NCBI RefSeq assembly: GCF_009914755.1
Contig: NC_060935.1
Source: the human T2T-CHM13v2.0 reference genome, Homo sapiens
Reading direction: 5' to 3' (one strand)
Length of the DNA stretch: 64,000 nt
Part shown: positions 50,241 to 60,816 of the stretch, piece after piece
How positions within the stretch are numbered: the stretch's first letter is position 1
Layout of the letters: the number at the start of each line of letters is the position of its first letter
Program-made: the position numbers and the translations under genes
The notes under the pieces: generated by a model
Databases searched by the model: none
Seen by the model: the letters and a program-made list of their open reading frames with translations, nothing else
Told to the model about the DNA's origin: nothing

Positions 50241-51609
50241 TTTGGTAAATGGAGCTTCCTAGGTCTGTCTTCAGCAATTGCGGGAACCATCATTCTGAGG
50301 CCTGCTCAGCTGCCATAATTCACGGGTCTCCCTAATGCAGATGGGTTGGGAATGCTGGACCCTGGAAATAAGCTTTCCCCACCACTGCACTTCACTCAGC
50401 TCTCGGCCTTACATCATTTCCAAAGCATTAAGCAGCCTGCAACGCGAGAATCCTGCCGCTGGTGACATCTGTAACATCTGACATCATTTAGAAGACACTG
50501 CAAGGGTAAAAGAGTACTTTTTTGATCAGGGACATAAATAATTCTGAGGAAGAAATTAGGTTAAAAGTCTTTTATTTCCCCAAATGGATTTGCAGAATTT
50601 GGCCTCCCAGCCAGGTTCCTGTGAGGAGATGGGTTTTGGGGAGCCGAGGAGGTAACTGTGAGCAGTTGACACTCAGCCACTAGGCGCTCCCAGGAATAGG
50701 GGACACAATGGGAGCTCCAGGCGGCATGAATGCCCTGTTCATCTCTTGAGAAGGGGAGAGGTAGGGTGTAGCTTAATCATACCCTTGTGTGCCCTCGGTG
50801 TTCATAGAAGATGGAAGGGGGCAGCTACTGGGTGTCTGTTCGGGAGGGAAAGCCCCCTTTTTCTCAGAGACGTTCACCAAGATCTTGGGAAATGATTGTC
50901 TTCTGCCAAGAGGCGCCCAGATGATCTTCTCCACATCATCCTGGCTTGGCAGGATTGAGAAAAACTATGCATATATAATCTGTTTTGCCTTCCCAAACTT
51001 AGCATCCACACTAGGACAAGAAAAGGAATCAAGAGTCTCAGCTTCTCCCTAAAACTTGCCAGAACTGCTGCCAGGCCTTCACAACAGCAGGAACTCCCAT
51101 TCCATCTCACCTCTGGCTCTTAGCACAGGGTGGCGCTGAGTGTTTGCATTCCATGGTAATCTCCCAAGGATTTCCAGATCTGCTGCCTGAGGCTGCCTGG
51201 ATCTAGAGATGACGGGGGTTGCATGAGGACCTAGGGATTTTAAGAGGGGCTTCCTGCAAACAACAGAACAGAACATAATCTTGGGCCCCACACCCACAAA
51301 CCAGTCTCAGCTATACAAATTGAGCATGAGCTGCAACATAGAGAAGGCTTTTAAAAGGAACAACACCTTCCAACATCTTTAATGCCATTCCCATCTCAGC
51401 ATGAGCAGCATGCAAACTGGATCAAGTGTCAGAATTCTAGAATGCTGGTTCTGGAAAAAAGGAGCCTTAAGCTTAAAAAATCATGGAGGAATTGTTCATT
51501 GTATAGGTGAGAATGCTGTTTTTTCAGATCACATAGCTGATTAATGACAGGAACTTAAACTATATCAAAATTGAGAGCATAAGGATTTGTTCATCACGGC
51601 ACCTTCAAT

Positions 51610-52900
51610 GTCTAGCAAGAACCAGCATGTAGTGGGTGCCTACTATGGTCTAGAGACTGTATTAAGTCCCATACAGGATACAGAGACAAGTACAATACAG
51701 TCCCAGCCAATGAGGAACACACCACCTAGTGGGAGACATGAACACATAACCGAAAAGTACAAAGCAACATTGTTAATGCCTTTATAAATAAATAAACAAG
51801 GTGCCTAGCAGAGAATCCAGAGGAAATAATAAATAATACTTCCTGTGGCCTTCTAATAATTAAACACCTGATATTCCAGAATGAGCACTAAGAATAAACT
51901 AATCATGAATAAGATGCAATCCTGCCCTTAAAAAAAGCTTACTGTCTAGTGCAATATGCAAAGAGGTATTTCCAACACATTGTAATGAATGGTGACATGA
52001 GTGATATGGGTAGTTTTTAGAGCACATGGGAGGGCATGAGGCCCAGGCTAGGAGGAGGTCAGGAAAAGATTTCCAGGGGATATGACATGAAAGTTGAAAT
52101 GAACAGTGAGTAGAATGTATCCAGGTGACAGTAAAGGAGAAAGGAGGAAGGGCATAGCCATCCTAGGAAGAAGGAAGTACATAGTTAAATGTTAACGTAT
52201 TTAATCTGGAGCACAAATCTTTAAGGGAAATGATAGTAAGAGACTTTCAAGGAAAAGGGAGCTCTAACTGTAAGCCTGACTTTAGCCGTAAGATGCTTAG
52301 TAGTTTGTCCAGTCTTAAGAACAGTGGAAACCCACTGAAAATTTTTAAACAAGGGAATAAAATGGTCAGGCTTTTCTTTATATCCTCTAAACATGGACGA
52401 GGGAAGTGCAAACAGGACACAATGGAAGGCAGGGATTTCCATTCGGATGTTGTTAGAATCGTTCAGATGAAAAAAAAAATAATGTATATGAACTCTAGAA
52501 AAATCTGTCTGAATCTTTAAGATCCTAATTCTACAATTAAAATTTTGACCAAAAATGATAGTGGCCTGAAAAAAAAAAATGTTATGGGGGGTATAGCTTC
52601 AAAGGTAGTAAGGGATATTAAGAGATTATGGTTGCAGAATCTGATCATTGATGAAATGTGGGAGATGAAGAATAGGAGGGAGTCAAAGCCAGGCTTCCAG
52701 CTTGGGCAACTGAATATGCTGGTTACTGTCGCCGGAGAAGACCAGGAGGAGCAAAGTGGGAGGGGTTGAGGTGTCCTAGAAGATGGCATTAAGGTTGGGT
52801 CTAGAGGTTAATTGGAGGTTTTCAGACAGAGGAGGAAACAACATACTTGCTATGAGACAATGAGTCCACATGAGACTATGGCTAAAATCCCTAACATTCC
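51610..52900 (-). mobile_element. L2 LINE fragments
   Basis: GGGTGCCTACTATGGTCTAGAGACTGTATTAAG, GGAGGTCAGGAAAAGATTTCCAGGG, GGAAACCCACTGAAAATTTTTAAACAAGGG, GAGGGAGTCAAAG. Confidence 0.7.
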
Positions 52901-53729
52901 CCTTCAGCCCCCATGAAGAAACAGACAAAAAGAAAGATAGAGAAAGTGAAAGATTAATTAAGTTCATTACTGGGAAAAAATCATCCTGGGAAATGTCTGG
53001 TAACTATTTCTTTAGAATGTAACTCTCCTTGGTCTACTCGAGACATAGCAGATGAAGGTAGAAGACAGGTTGGGGGTGGACAACAATTATCAGAAAAGGC
53101 ATGAACACACAGAGGACGTTCCCACCATTATTATTGTCCTGGGAGAGTCGTCCTGCAGATCCATTCCCAGCTGCCTTCAATGTAAAGTAAAGAAAGGAAA
53201 AAGAGTGAGGGAGAGTCTGGCAAATCCGATAAAGATGGATGGAGGGGGTTGAGACAAAGGCACCTGCCGGCATTGTGTCAGCTCCAACTCACCAGCTCAA
53301 AAACAAACTCATTCATTATCCACCAGCCTGGGCTGAAATAGCCCCGGTGTAAACACTCCCACACACCCAGCTCTCAATGAGACAAACAGCCTGGAAGTGT
53401 ACATGCCATGGGCTCTTGCTGCTAATGGAATGCACAACCAGCTCTGTCGTGGCCAAGAACGATTTCTCTGCCAAAGGACACCAACTCCAAACAGCAAAGC
53501 TTCACCCAGGACCCTCATCATTCCACATTTTGTGTAGGATCTTCAGACAAAGCAGACCCTCACCTTGTTTTTCACAAGTTTCATTCATTCTCTGCGGTTC
53601 TTCAAGCAGAACAAAGAAATTAATTCCCACTACCCACACATTCACACATACGCACTTTGCTTATCTTGCTGATACTCTCTAATACTTTCAAATTAGAGGG
53701 CACAGGCCAAAGGCCAACTTTGAGACAAC

Positions 53730-54632
53730 AGATTCATTATTTCACCCCAAATCTGGTCATGTCCCTGTGCTTCAGGTCTCATGCGTAGCCCGACCTTCCT
53801 CCTGCTTGCTCACAGTACATACTCATTCCTCATCCTCTGCTCTGCCCTCACTCGGCGTCAATCCCTTGTCCAAAAGACCATGATGCCATCTGCAATCCAG
53901 ATTTTACTTCCTCTGTAGTCTTCTGCTCTCCATCCCTGTTGTTGCAACTCTGGCTTCAGCCATTGCCTAGGTTTCTGGCCTAGGTTTCTGCCACAGGCCT
54001 CTCGAGGGCCAATCTGCCCTCCTCCAAGACATTTTCTATCCTGTAGTCAGGAATGTCATTCAAAAACACAAAACTGTAGTTCACTTCAATGTTTAAAATT
54101 CTTCAGTGGCTTCCCATTGACTCTATTTAGGTAGAAATTCCTTAGGAGGACCTATAAAGTCCTTCATAATCTGTTTCTTTCTGCTTTATATCTTCAAGCT
54201 AATTCATCCCCATTCCCATGGTGTTCTATGCTCTAGCCAGGTCAAATTGCTTTTAGTTCTCCAAATGCATCTGCTCTCTCTTCCCTCCAGCTCTCCATAG
54301 ATCCTCCACATTCTCTTATCTGAGAACATTCTTTCCCCACCACTTCACCTGGCAAACTCTTGTCTTTCCACTTTGAGTATACATTTTACTTCTTCCAGGA
54401 AGCTTTCTCTGATTGACTTTTCTGGAAGTCTTAGGTGGGTGCACCTTCCATAAAGTGCAATAGGATCCTTATTATAACAAACTGTAACTGCCTATTTCTC
54501 TGATTTTCCCACAGTGGTAAGTCTTTTGAGAGCAGTGATGTTATTTGCCAGGGTTACACCTATAGTGTCAGTCTCTACCAAATACCTGGAACACAGTAGA
54601 TTTTCAGTATTTACTGAGTGAACGAATGAACA
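53730..54632 (+). mobile_element. L2 LINE 3' region
   Basis: TTTAAAATTCTTCAGTGGCTTCCCATTG, ACTTCTTCCAGGAAGCTTTCTCTGA and CCTGGAACACAGTAG..TTTACTGAGTGAACGAATGAA (L2 3' terminus). Confidence 0.8.
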
Positions 54633-54651
54633 GAGGGAGGTAACCAGGAAG

Positions 54652-54930
54652 AGAGTTAGTTGAGGTTATTTGGTTGCAAGCAAGAGAACCCACCTCTAGC
54701 CAATTTAAGCAAACAGGAATCCTGGCATAGAAAGTCAAGTACAAGTCAGGTTGGAAATATGCAAAAACCAAGACAGCTCTAGATATCTAAGAAGCAAGAA
54801 TGTAGGCACGCTTATGTGACAGAAATAGGATGGTCAAATAGAAAAACACAAGCCGTTTAAATCTCTTTTTCACTTAGCTTAAGATTCAAATTCAAATTAT
54901 CTAGGATAAGCCTAGTTTATTCATACACCT
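54652..54930 (-). mobile_element. Old MLT1 (J/N-like) LTR fragment
   Basis: TTGGTTGCAAGCAAGAGAACCCACCTCTAGCCAATTTAAGCAAA. Confidence 0.5.
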
Positions 54931-55569
54931 TGGCCTGGCTAAAAGACAGCAGGGCACACAGGCAGCAGCTCTGATGGACTGTGTGCAATGGGAAGATGGC
55001 AAGGGGTAGAGCTGTAGGGAAAAGCGGAGATGTTGAAGGCCACAGCTTCCAAGTGCCCACGAACTCACAAGTCTGAGTTCTCATTAATAATATTTTAGAG
55101 ATCACAGTTAGCTATTTGCTCTCAGAGTTAGGGTTGAGGGTTTTGGTGGGAGGTGAGAGAAATGAGGCCAGTATGAGAACAGATTGATCTGTAACAATGG
55201 TGGACTCTTTTCTCTCATAGGACATAACGCCAATTCTCTATAAAAAAGAATATATTCACTTAGAAATACACCATATAAGAAATGCCAGTAAGAGGTTCAA
55301 GACACAGAGAACAACAATAATAATTGATAATGCACTGAAAGATGGGTTACAGGATTCCTTTAACCATCAAAATAAGTCTTAAAAAGTGACTTAGTAACTG
55401 TTTACATTTATGATTAAGATTAACAATTTTTTATTCTTTTTCTCTTTTCTAAGAGTAAAAGAGAGTCAGCAGGTTTAAATGAAGTGTGGAGAATTTAGAA
55501 TCTATAACAATATGTGTGCATGGAAAATAGAGACTGTGAGACTTCTAAGCGCATCCTCGTGTCTTGTGC

Positions 55570-55810
55570 TGTACACAGTGGAGAGCGGCATCCAGGAGCA
55601 CACAATTTCAAGTCAAAGAAACCAGGGCTTTGCCACTGACTGCCCCTGTGACCTTGAAGAAGTGATTTCTCTATGCCTCAGTTTCTTATCTGTACAATAA
55701 ATCTAGTAACACTTAATGTAATCGCTGTTTGGCTCTAATAGGATCTTGTATGTCAAGCTCTGAGAACAGCTCCTGGGACATAAGAAGTAATCGATGAATG
55801 ACAGTTAAGG
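55570..55810 (+). mobile_element. MIR SINE
   Basis: GCTTTGCCACTGAC..TGTGACCTTG..TGCCTCAGTTTCTTATCTGTA..GAACAGCTCCTGGGACATA. Confidence 0.75.
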
Positions 55811-57129
55811 CTCAGTAAATATTTGTTAATTTTGATTATGGATTTCTTAATACAAAAGTTATAAGGTTTTAAAATAATTTTTTCATAATGTATTACAGAA
55901 ACTGTGTCTTTTTCCAGCATTTAAATAAAAAAAGAACCTGAACCTTCCTGGTGTGATTTGACTGATGCGCTGCTTAAAAGCAGGGACACTAAATAGACTC
56001 CTGTCCTCTTCCTTCTTTCATTGCACCCACCCATCCATGGGAACCCGGCTTCCTGCCTACTGCCTGAAGCATCTCTTCTCCTTTTTGAAAGGGAAATTAG
56101 ACAGCTCAGTAACATTTGGTAGTTCTTCTAGAAAGGAGACTTTGCCAGACTCCACCATCTTTTTCTGTCTGATTTACTGTGGTCCCCAAATATAGGCTGG
56201 CTGTTTTTTCGTCTCGTGTATCCATTGGGAAGGTTAGAACAAAACATATGAGACTCGTGAAAATGGATGGAAATGGAATCCAAAAGTAAGTGCGGTGAAG
56301 AGGCGATGGACAGAGATCTGAATTATTGGTGAGTCACACCGTCTGACAGACTTCATCATTTGCTGACTTGGCAGGAGATTTATCGGGCATTCTAAGCCCC
56401 AATCTTCTTGAAACTGAGAGACCTTCCAGATAAACAACTGCAGCCCTATTTGCAAACCTGCTGCTCAGCATGCGACAGTAGAAGAGATGCTCCTTAACAC
56501 ACTCTCATATACCTTTGCAAGGGATTCCTTAAATCTCAGGTTTTGATAGTATTATTGTCCTCATTATCATCACCCTGAAATTTCACCATCAGTCAAGATC
56601 TCCCATTAGGTCCCTGCCCTCGGCAACCTCCCCTTCATCGTCTTCAGAGACCAACGCTCTTGAAAGAAGTTAATAACTTTACTCTCTGAGAAAATAATAA
56701 GTCAATATCTGAGATGACTTGGCTGTTTTTGCACAGCTGGAAGAGGATGAAGAGAGACTAACAGAAAGGTGGGTGCAGTCAAATACAGTAAGTAGAGAGG
56801 CCGATTGAAGGAGACAGTGAGGAAGGAGCACTGATGGCAAGGAGCTGGAGAGGGCATGAAAATGCAGCGAGACAAGCAAACCACAGATCACTCAGGAAGG
56901 AAGGAACCAGAGGCCACTGCGGCCTGAGGAGGAGCAATGCTGGCCGGAGAAACAGATAATTCACCACCGATGCTGCAGAGCCTTGAAAGAGAGACCAGAA
57001 AGGTGATTTAAGGAGTATTAGTTTTGGATTCTGAAAATGATTCACTGAACCCCATGATGAGTGACAATCATGCTATTTTATACTAATATAACTGTACACC
57101 AAGCTATTTCATCGGCTGCAATAAATTCT

Positions 57130-57425
57130 TCCACTTTGGGGAAAATTCTACTTAGCCATCAAGAGCCAGCATCAATTTCAACTTCTCTTTGAAGCCTCCC
57201 AAGGAACTTTCAGGGAAATTGTAGCCTCACCGGTCTGTAACCTTTTGTTTACCCATCTTTATTCCTGTCTCTTCCACTTCACCATACTTCCTCCCCCAGC
57301 CCCTACATGCTTCCATTAAACTGTGATTCCTTTGGAAATAGGCTTAGGTTTTGCTTATCATCATATTCTTATTCCCTGTCATAATGCTTCTCTCAATAGA
57401 TACTTATTGAATGGAAGAATAAATA
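57130..57425 (+). mobile_element. L2 3' end
   Basis: ACTTCTCTTTGAAGCCTCCC..ATTAAACTGTGATTCCTTTG..CTCAATAGATACTTATTGAATGGAAGAAT. Confidence 0.6.
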
Positions 57426-57747
57426 GATTGACAGGACTCATTAAACTCATCCCTAACCAGAGTTATTTCAGCGGCCTATTTGAAACGAGAGTGCAGCCCA
57501 TTTCTCTCCCTCAGAGCCAAGTGTATTTCCAGCAATCCCAGCAGAAGACACCTCCCCTTTGCTATCCCATTCTTGGATCAGCTGCTTTCCACATGGGATA
57601 GTAAAACTATCAAATCTCTCTCCAAATTCCAAATCCCATGAAGGGCCAGAACCTACCAACACTGTGGCTTTATGTCCTTTTCCCCAAAATGAAAATATAC
57701 TCATTCAGCAACTGCAATTCTTTCCATTGATTTAACCTAAACACTGA

Positions 57748-58054
<307 letters not shown>

Positions 58055-58326
58055 GGAAAGGAGATTTTTATAATACATGCTCCTTCTTGTTCTGACCCTA
58101 GACCTAATTAATCACAATCTCTCAAGTAGAACCCAGGACAACCTCTCAAGTAGAACCCGGGACTCTTCTTTTTACCAAGTTCCTCAACAGAGTCTAAAGA
58201 ATACTATGTTTGAGGATCATTATCCTAAGGAAATGAGACCAAGAAAATAAGAAAGGAAGAGAAGGGGAAAAAGAGCAAAGAAGAAAGGGAAGGAAGTTCA
58301 ATGAAAGGAGAAAGAGAAGTGCTTGC

Positions 58327-58739
58327 TATCAGGCCTCTGAGCCCAAGCTAAGCCATCATATCCCCTGTGACCTGCACGTACACATCCAGATGGCCAGTTC
58401 CTGCCTTAACTGATGACATTCCACCAAAAAGAAATGAAAATGGCCTGTTCTTGCCTTAACTGATGACATTATCTTGTGAAATTCCTTCTCCTGGCTCATC
58501 CTGGCTCAAAAGCTCCCCTACTGGGCACCTTGTGACCCCCACTCCTGCCCACTAGAGAGAACAAACCCCCTTTGACTGTAATTTTCCTTTACCTACCCAA
58601 ATCTTATAAAACATCCCCACTCCTATCTCCCTTCGCTGACTCTCTTTTCGGACTCAGCCCGCCTGCACCCAGGTGATTAAAAGCTTTATTGTTCACACAA
58701 AGCCTGTTTGGTGGTCTCTTCACATGGACGTGCATGAAA
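58327..58739 (+). promoter_or_regulatory. 5' LTR7 (413 bp) with TATA box and poly(A) signal
   Basis: TATCAGGCCTCTGAGCCCAAGC (terminal TG changed to TA)..GCATGAAA. Two GCCTTAACTGATGACATT type-I repeats, TATAAAA at 58605-58611 and ATTAAA at ~58676. Confidence 0.95.
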
Positions 58740-58741
58740 TT

Positions 58742-58759
58742 TGGTGCTGTGACTCAGAT
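58742..58759 (+). other. Primer binding site, tRNA-His
   Basis: TGGTGCTGTGACTCAGAT matches TGGTGCCGTGACTCGGAT at 16/18; both differences are CpG transitions. Confidence 0.92.
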
Positions 58760-58882
58760 CGGGGGACCTCCCTTGGGAGATCAATCCCCTGTCCTCCTGC
58801 TCTTTGCTCCGTGAAAAAGATCCACCTATGACCTCGGGTCCTCAGACCCACCAGCCCAAGGAACATCTCACCAATTTTAAAT

Positions 58883-58891
58883 CGGGTAAGC
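58883..58891 (+). promoter_or_regulatory. HERV-H major splice donor, intact
   Basis: AATTTTAAATCGG|GTAAGC at 58885/58886, ~150 nt downstream of the 5' LTR. Confidence 0.85.
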
Positions 58892-59226
58892 AGCCTCTTC
58901 TTACTCTCTTCTCCAACCTCTCTCACCATCCCTAAAACACTTTCTCCTTTCAGTCTTGGCGCCAACCTTCAATCTCTCCCTTCTCTTAATTTCAATTCCT
59001 TTCATTTTCTGGTAGAGACAAAGGAGACACGTTTTATCCGTGGACCCAAAACTCTGGCGCTGGTCACGGACTCGGGAAGGCAGCCTTCCCTTGGTGTCTA
59101 ATCATTGCAGCGATGCCTGATTATTCACCCACGTTTCAGAGGTGTCTGACCACGCAGGGATGCCTGCCTTGGTCCTTCACCCTTAGCAGAAGTCCCACTT
59201 TTCTGGGGGAAGGGCAAAAACCCCGA

Positions 59227-59377
59227 CCCCTTCTCTTCCTGTCTCTACCCCTTCTCTCCCTGTCTCTCCCTCTTCTCTCCCTGTCTCTACCCCTTCTCTC
59301 CCTGTCTCTCCCTCTTCTCTCCCTGTCTCTACCCCTTCTCTCCCTGTCTCTCCCTCTTCTCTCCCTGTCTCTACCCC
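59227..59377. repeat. Minisatellite of 7 x 21 bp with a 42-bp higher-order unit, in the HERV-H leader
   Basis: Units CCCCTTCTCTCCCTGTCTCTC and CCTCTTCTCTCCCTGTCTCTA alternate. The dimer is repeated identically three times (59248-59373). Confidence 0.97.
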
Positions 59378-59589
59378 GTCTCTACTTTTTGGGGGGGCAA
59401 GGACCCCCCCAGATCCCTTATTTCTGCACCCCGACCCCTTATTTCCGCACCCCGACCTCTTATCTCTGTGCCCCAACCCCTTATTTCCGTGCCCCGACCC
59501 CTTTCCCGCTTTTCTAGGGGGCAAGAACCCCTCGACCCCTTCTCTCCATGTCTCTACTCTCTCTTTTCTCTGGGCTTGCCTCCTTCACT

Positions 59590-60816
59590 ATGGGCAAGCT
59601 TCCGCCCTCCATTCCCCCTTTTTCTCCCTTAGCCTGTATTCTTAAAAACCTAAAACCTCTTCAGCTCACACCTGACCTAAAACCTAAATGCCTTATTTAC
59701 TTCTGCAAGGCCGCTTGACCCCAATATAAACTCGACAGCAGTTCCAAATAGCCAGAAAACAGCACTTTCAATTTTTCCATCCTACAAGATCTAAGTAATT
59801 CTTGTCGTAAAATGGGCAAACAGTCTGAAGTTCCTGATGTCCAGGCATTCTTTTACACATTGGTCCCTCCCTAGTCTCTGTTCCCAATGCGACTCGTCCC
59901 AGATCCTCCTTCTTTCCCTCCCGCCTGTCCCCTCAGTCCCAACCCCAAGAGTCGCTGAGTCTTTCTAATCTTCCTTTTCTACAGACCCATCTGACCTCTC
60001 CCCTCCTCCCCAGGCTGCTCCTCGCCAGGCCGAGCTAGGTCCCAATTCTTCCTCAGCCTCCGCTCTTCCACCCTATAATCCTTTTATCGCCTCCCCTCCT
60101 CACACCAGGTCCCGCTTACAGTTTCATTCACTGACTAGCCCTCCCCCACCTGCCCAGCAATTTCCTCTTAAACAGGTGGCTGGAGCCAAAGGCATAGTCA
60201 AGGTTAATGCTCCTTTTTCTTTATCCCAAATCAGTTAGCGTTTAGGCTCTTTTTCATCGAATATAAAAACCCAGCCCAGTTCATGGCTCGTTTGGCAGCA
60301 ACCCTGAGACGCTTTACAGCCCTAGACCCTAAAAGGTCAAAAGGCCGTCTTATTCTCAAAATACATTTTATTACCCAATCTGCTCCCAACATTAAATAAA
60401 ACTCCAAAAATTAAATTCCGGCCCTCAAACCCCACACAGGATTTAATTAACCTCGCCTTCAAGGTGTACAATAATAGAAAAAAGTTGCAATTCCTTGCCT
60501 CCACTGTGAGACAAACCCCAGCCACATCTCCAGCACACAAGAACTTCCAAACGCCTAAACCGCAGTGGCCAGGTGTTCCTCCAGGCCTGCCTCCCCCCGG
60601 AGCTTGCTACCAAGTGCCAGAAATCTGGCCACCAGGCCAACGAATGCCCACAGCCCGGGATTCCTCCTAAGCCACGTTCCCATCTGTGCAGGACCCCACT
60701 GAAAATTGGACTGTTCAACTCACCTGGCAGCCACTCCCAGAGCCCCTGCAACTCTGGCCCAGGGCTCTCTGACTGACTCCTTCCCAGATCTTCTCAGCTT
60801 AGCAGCTGAAGACTGA
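59590..60816 (+). pseudogene. gag: HERV-H gag remnant
   Basis: ATG at 59590 gives MGKLPPSIPPFSPLACILKNLKPL.., with stops at 59716 and 59749. The CCHC knuckle is frameshifted (GACY/KCQKSGHQANECPQ). It ends DLLSLAAED-TGA. Confidence 0.88.

Noticed and set aside
53965-53990. 13-bp tandem duplication GCCTAGGTTTCTG x2 (similarly a 24-bp period duplicate at 58119-58163)
   Set aside because: These are ordinary short slippage duplications inside old repeats with no functional hint.
59227-59377. Regular repeat that might suggest a CRISPR array
   Set aside because: The units are contiguous with no unique spacers, there are no cas genes, and the context is a primate retroviral leader.
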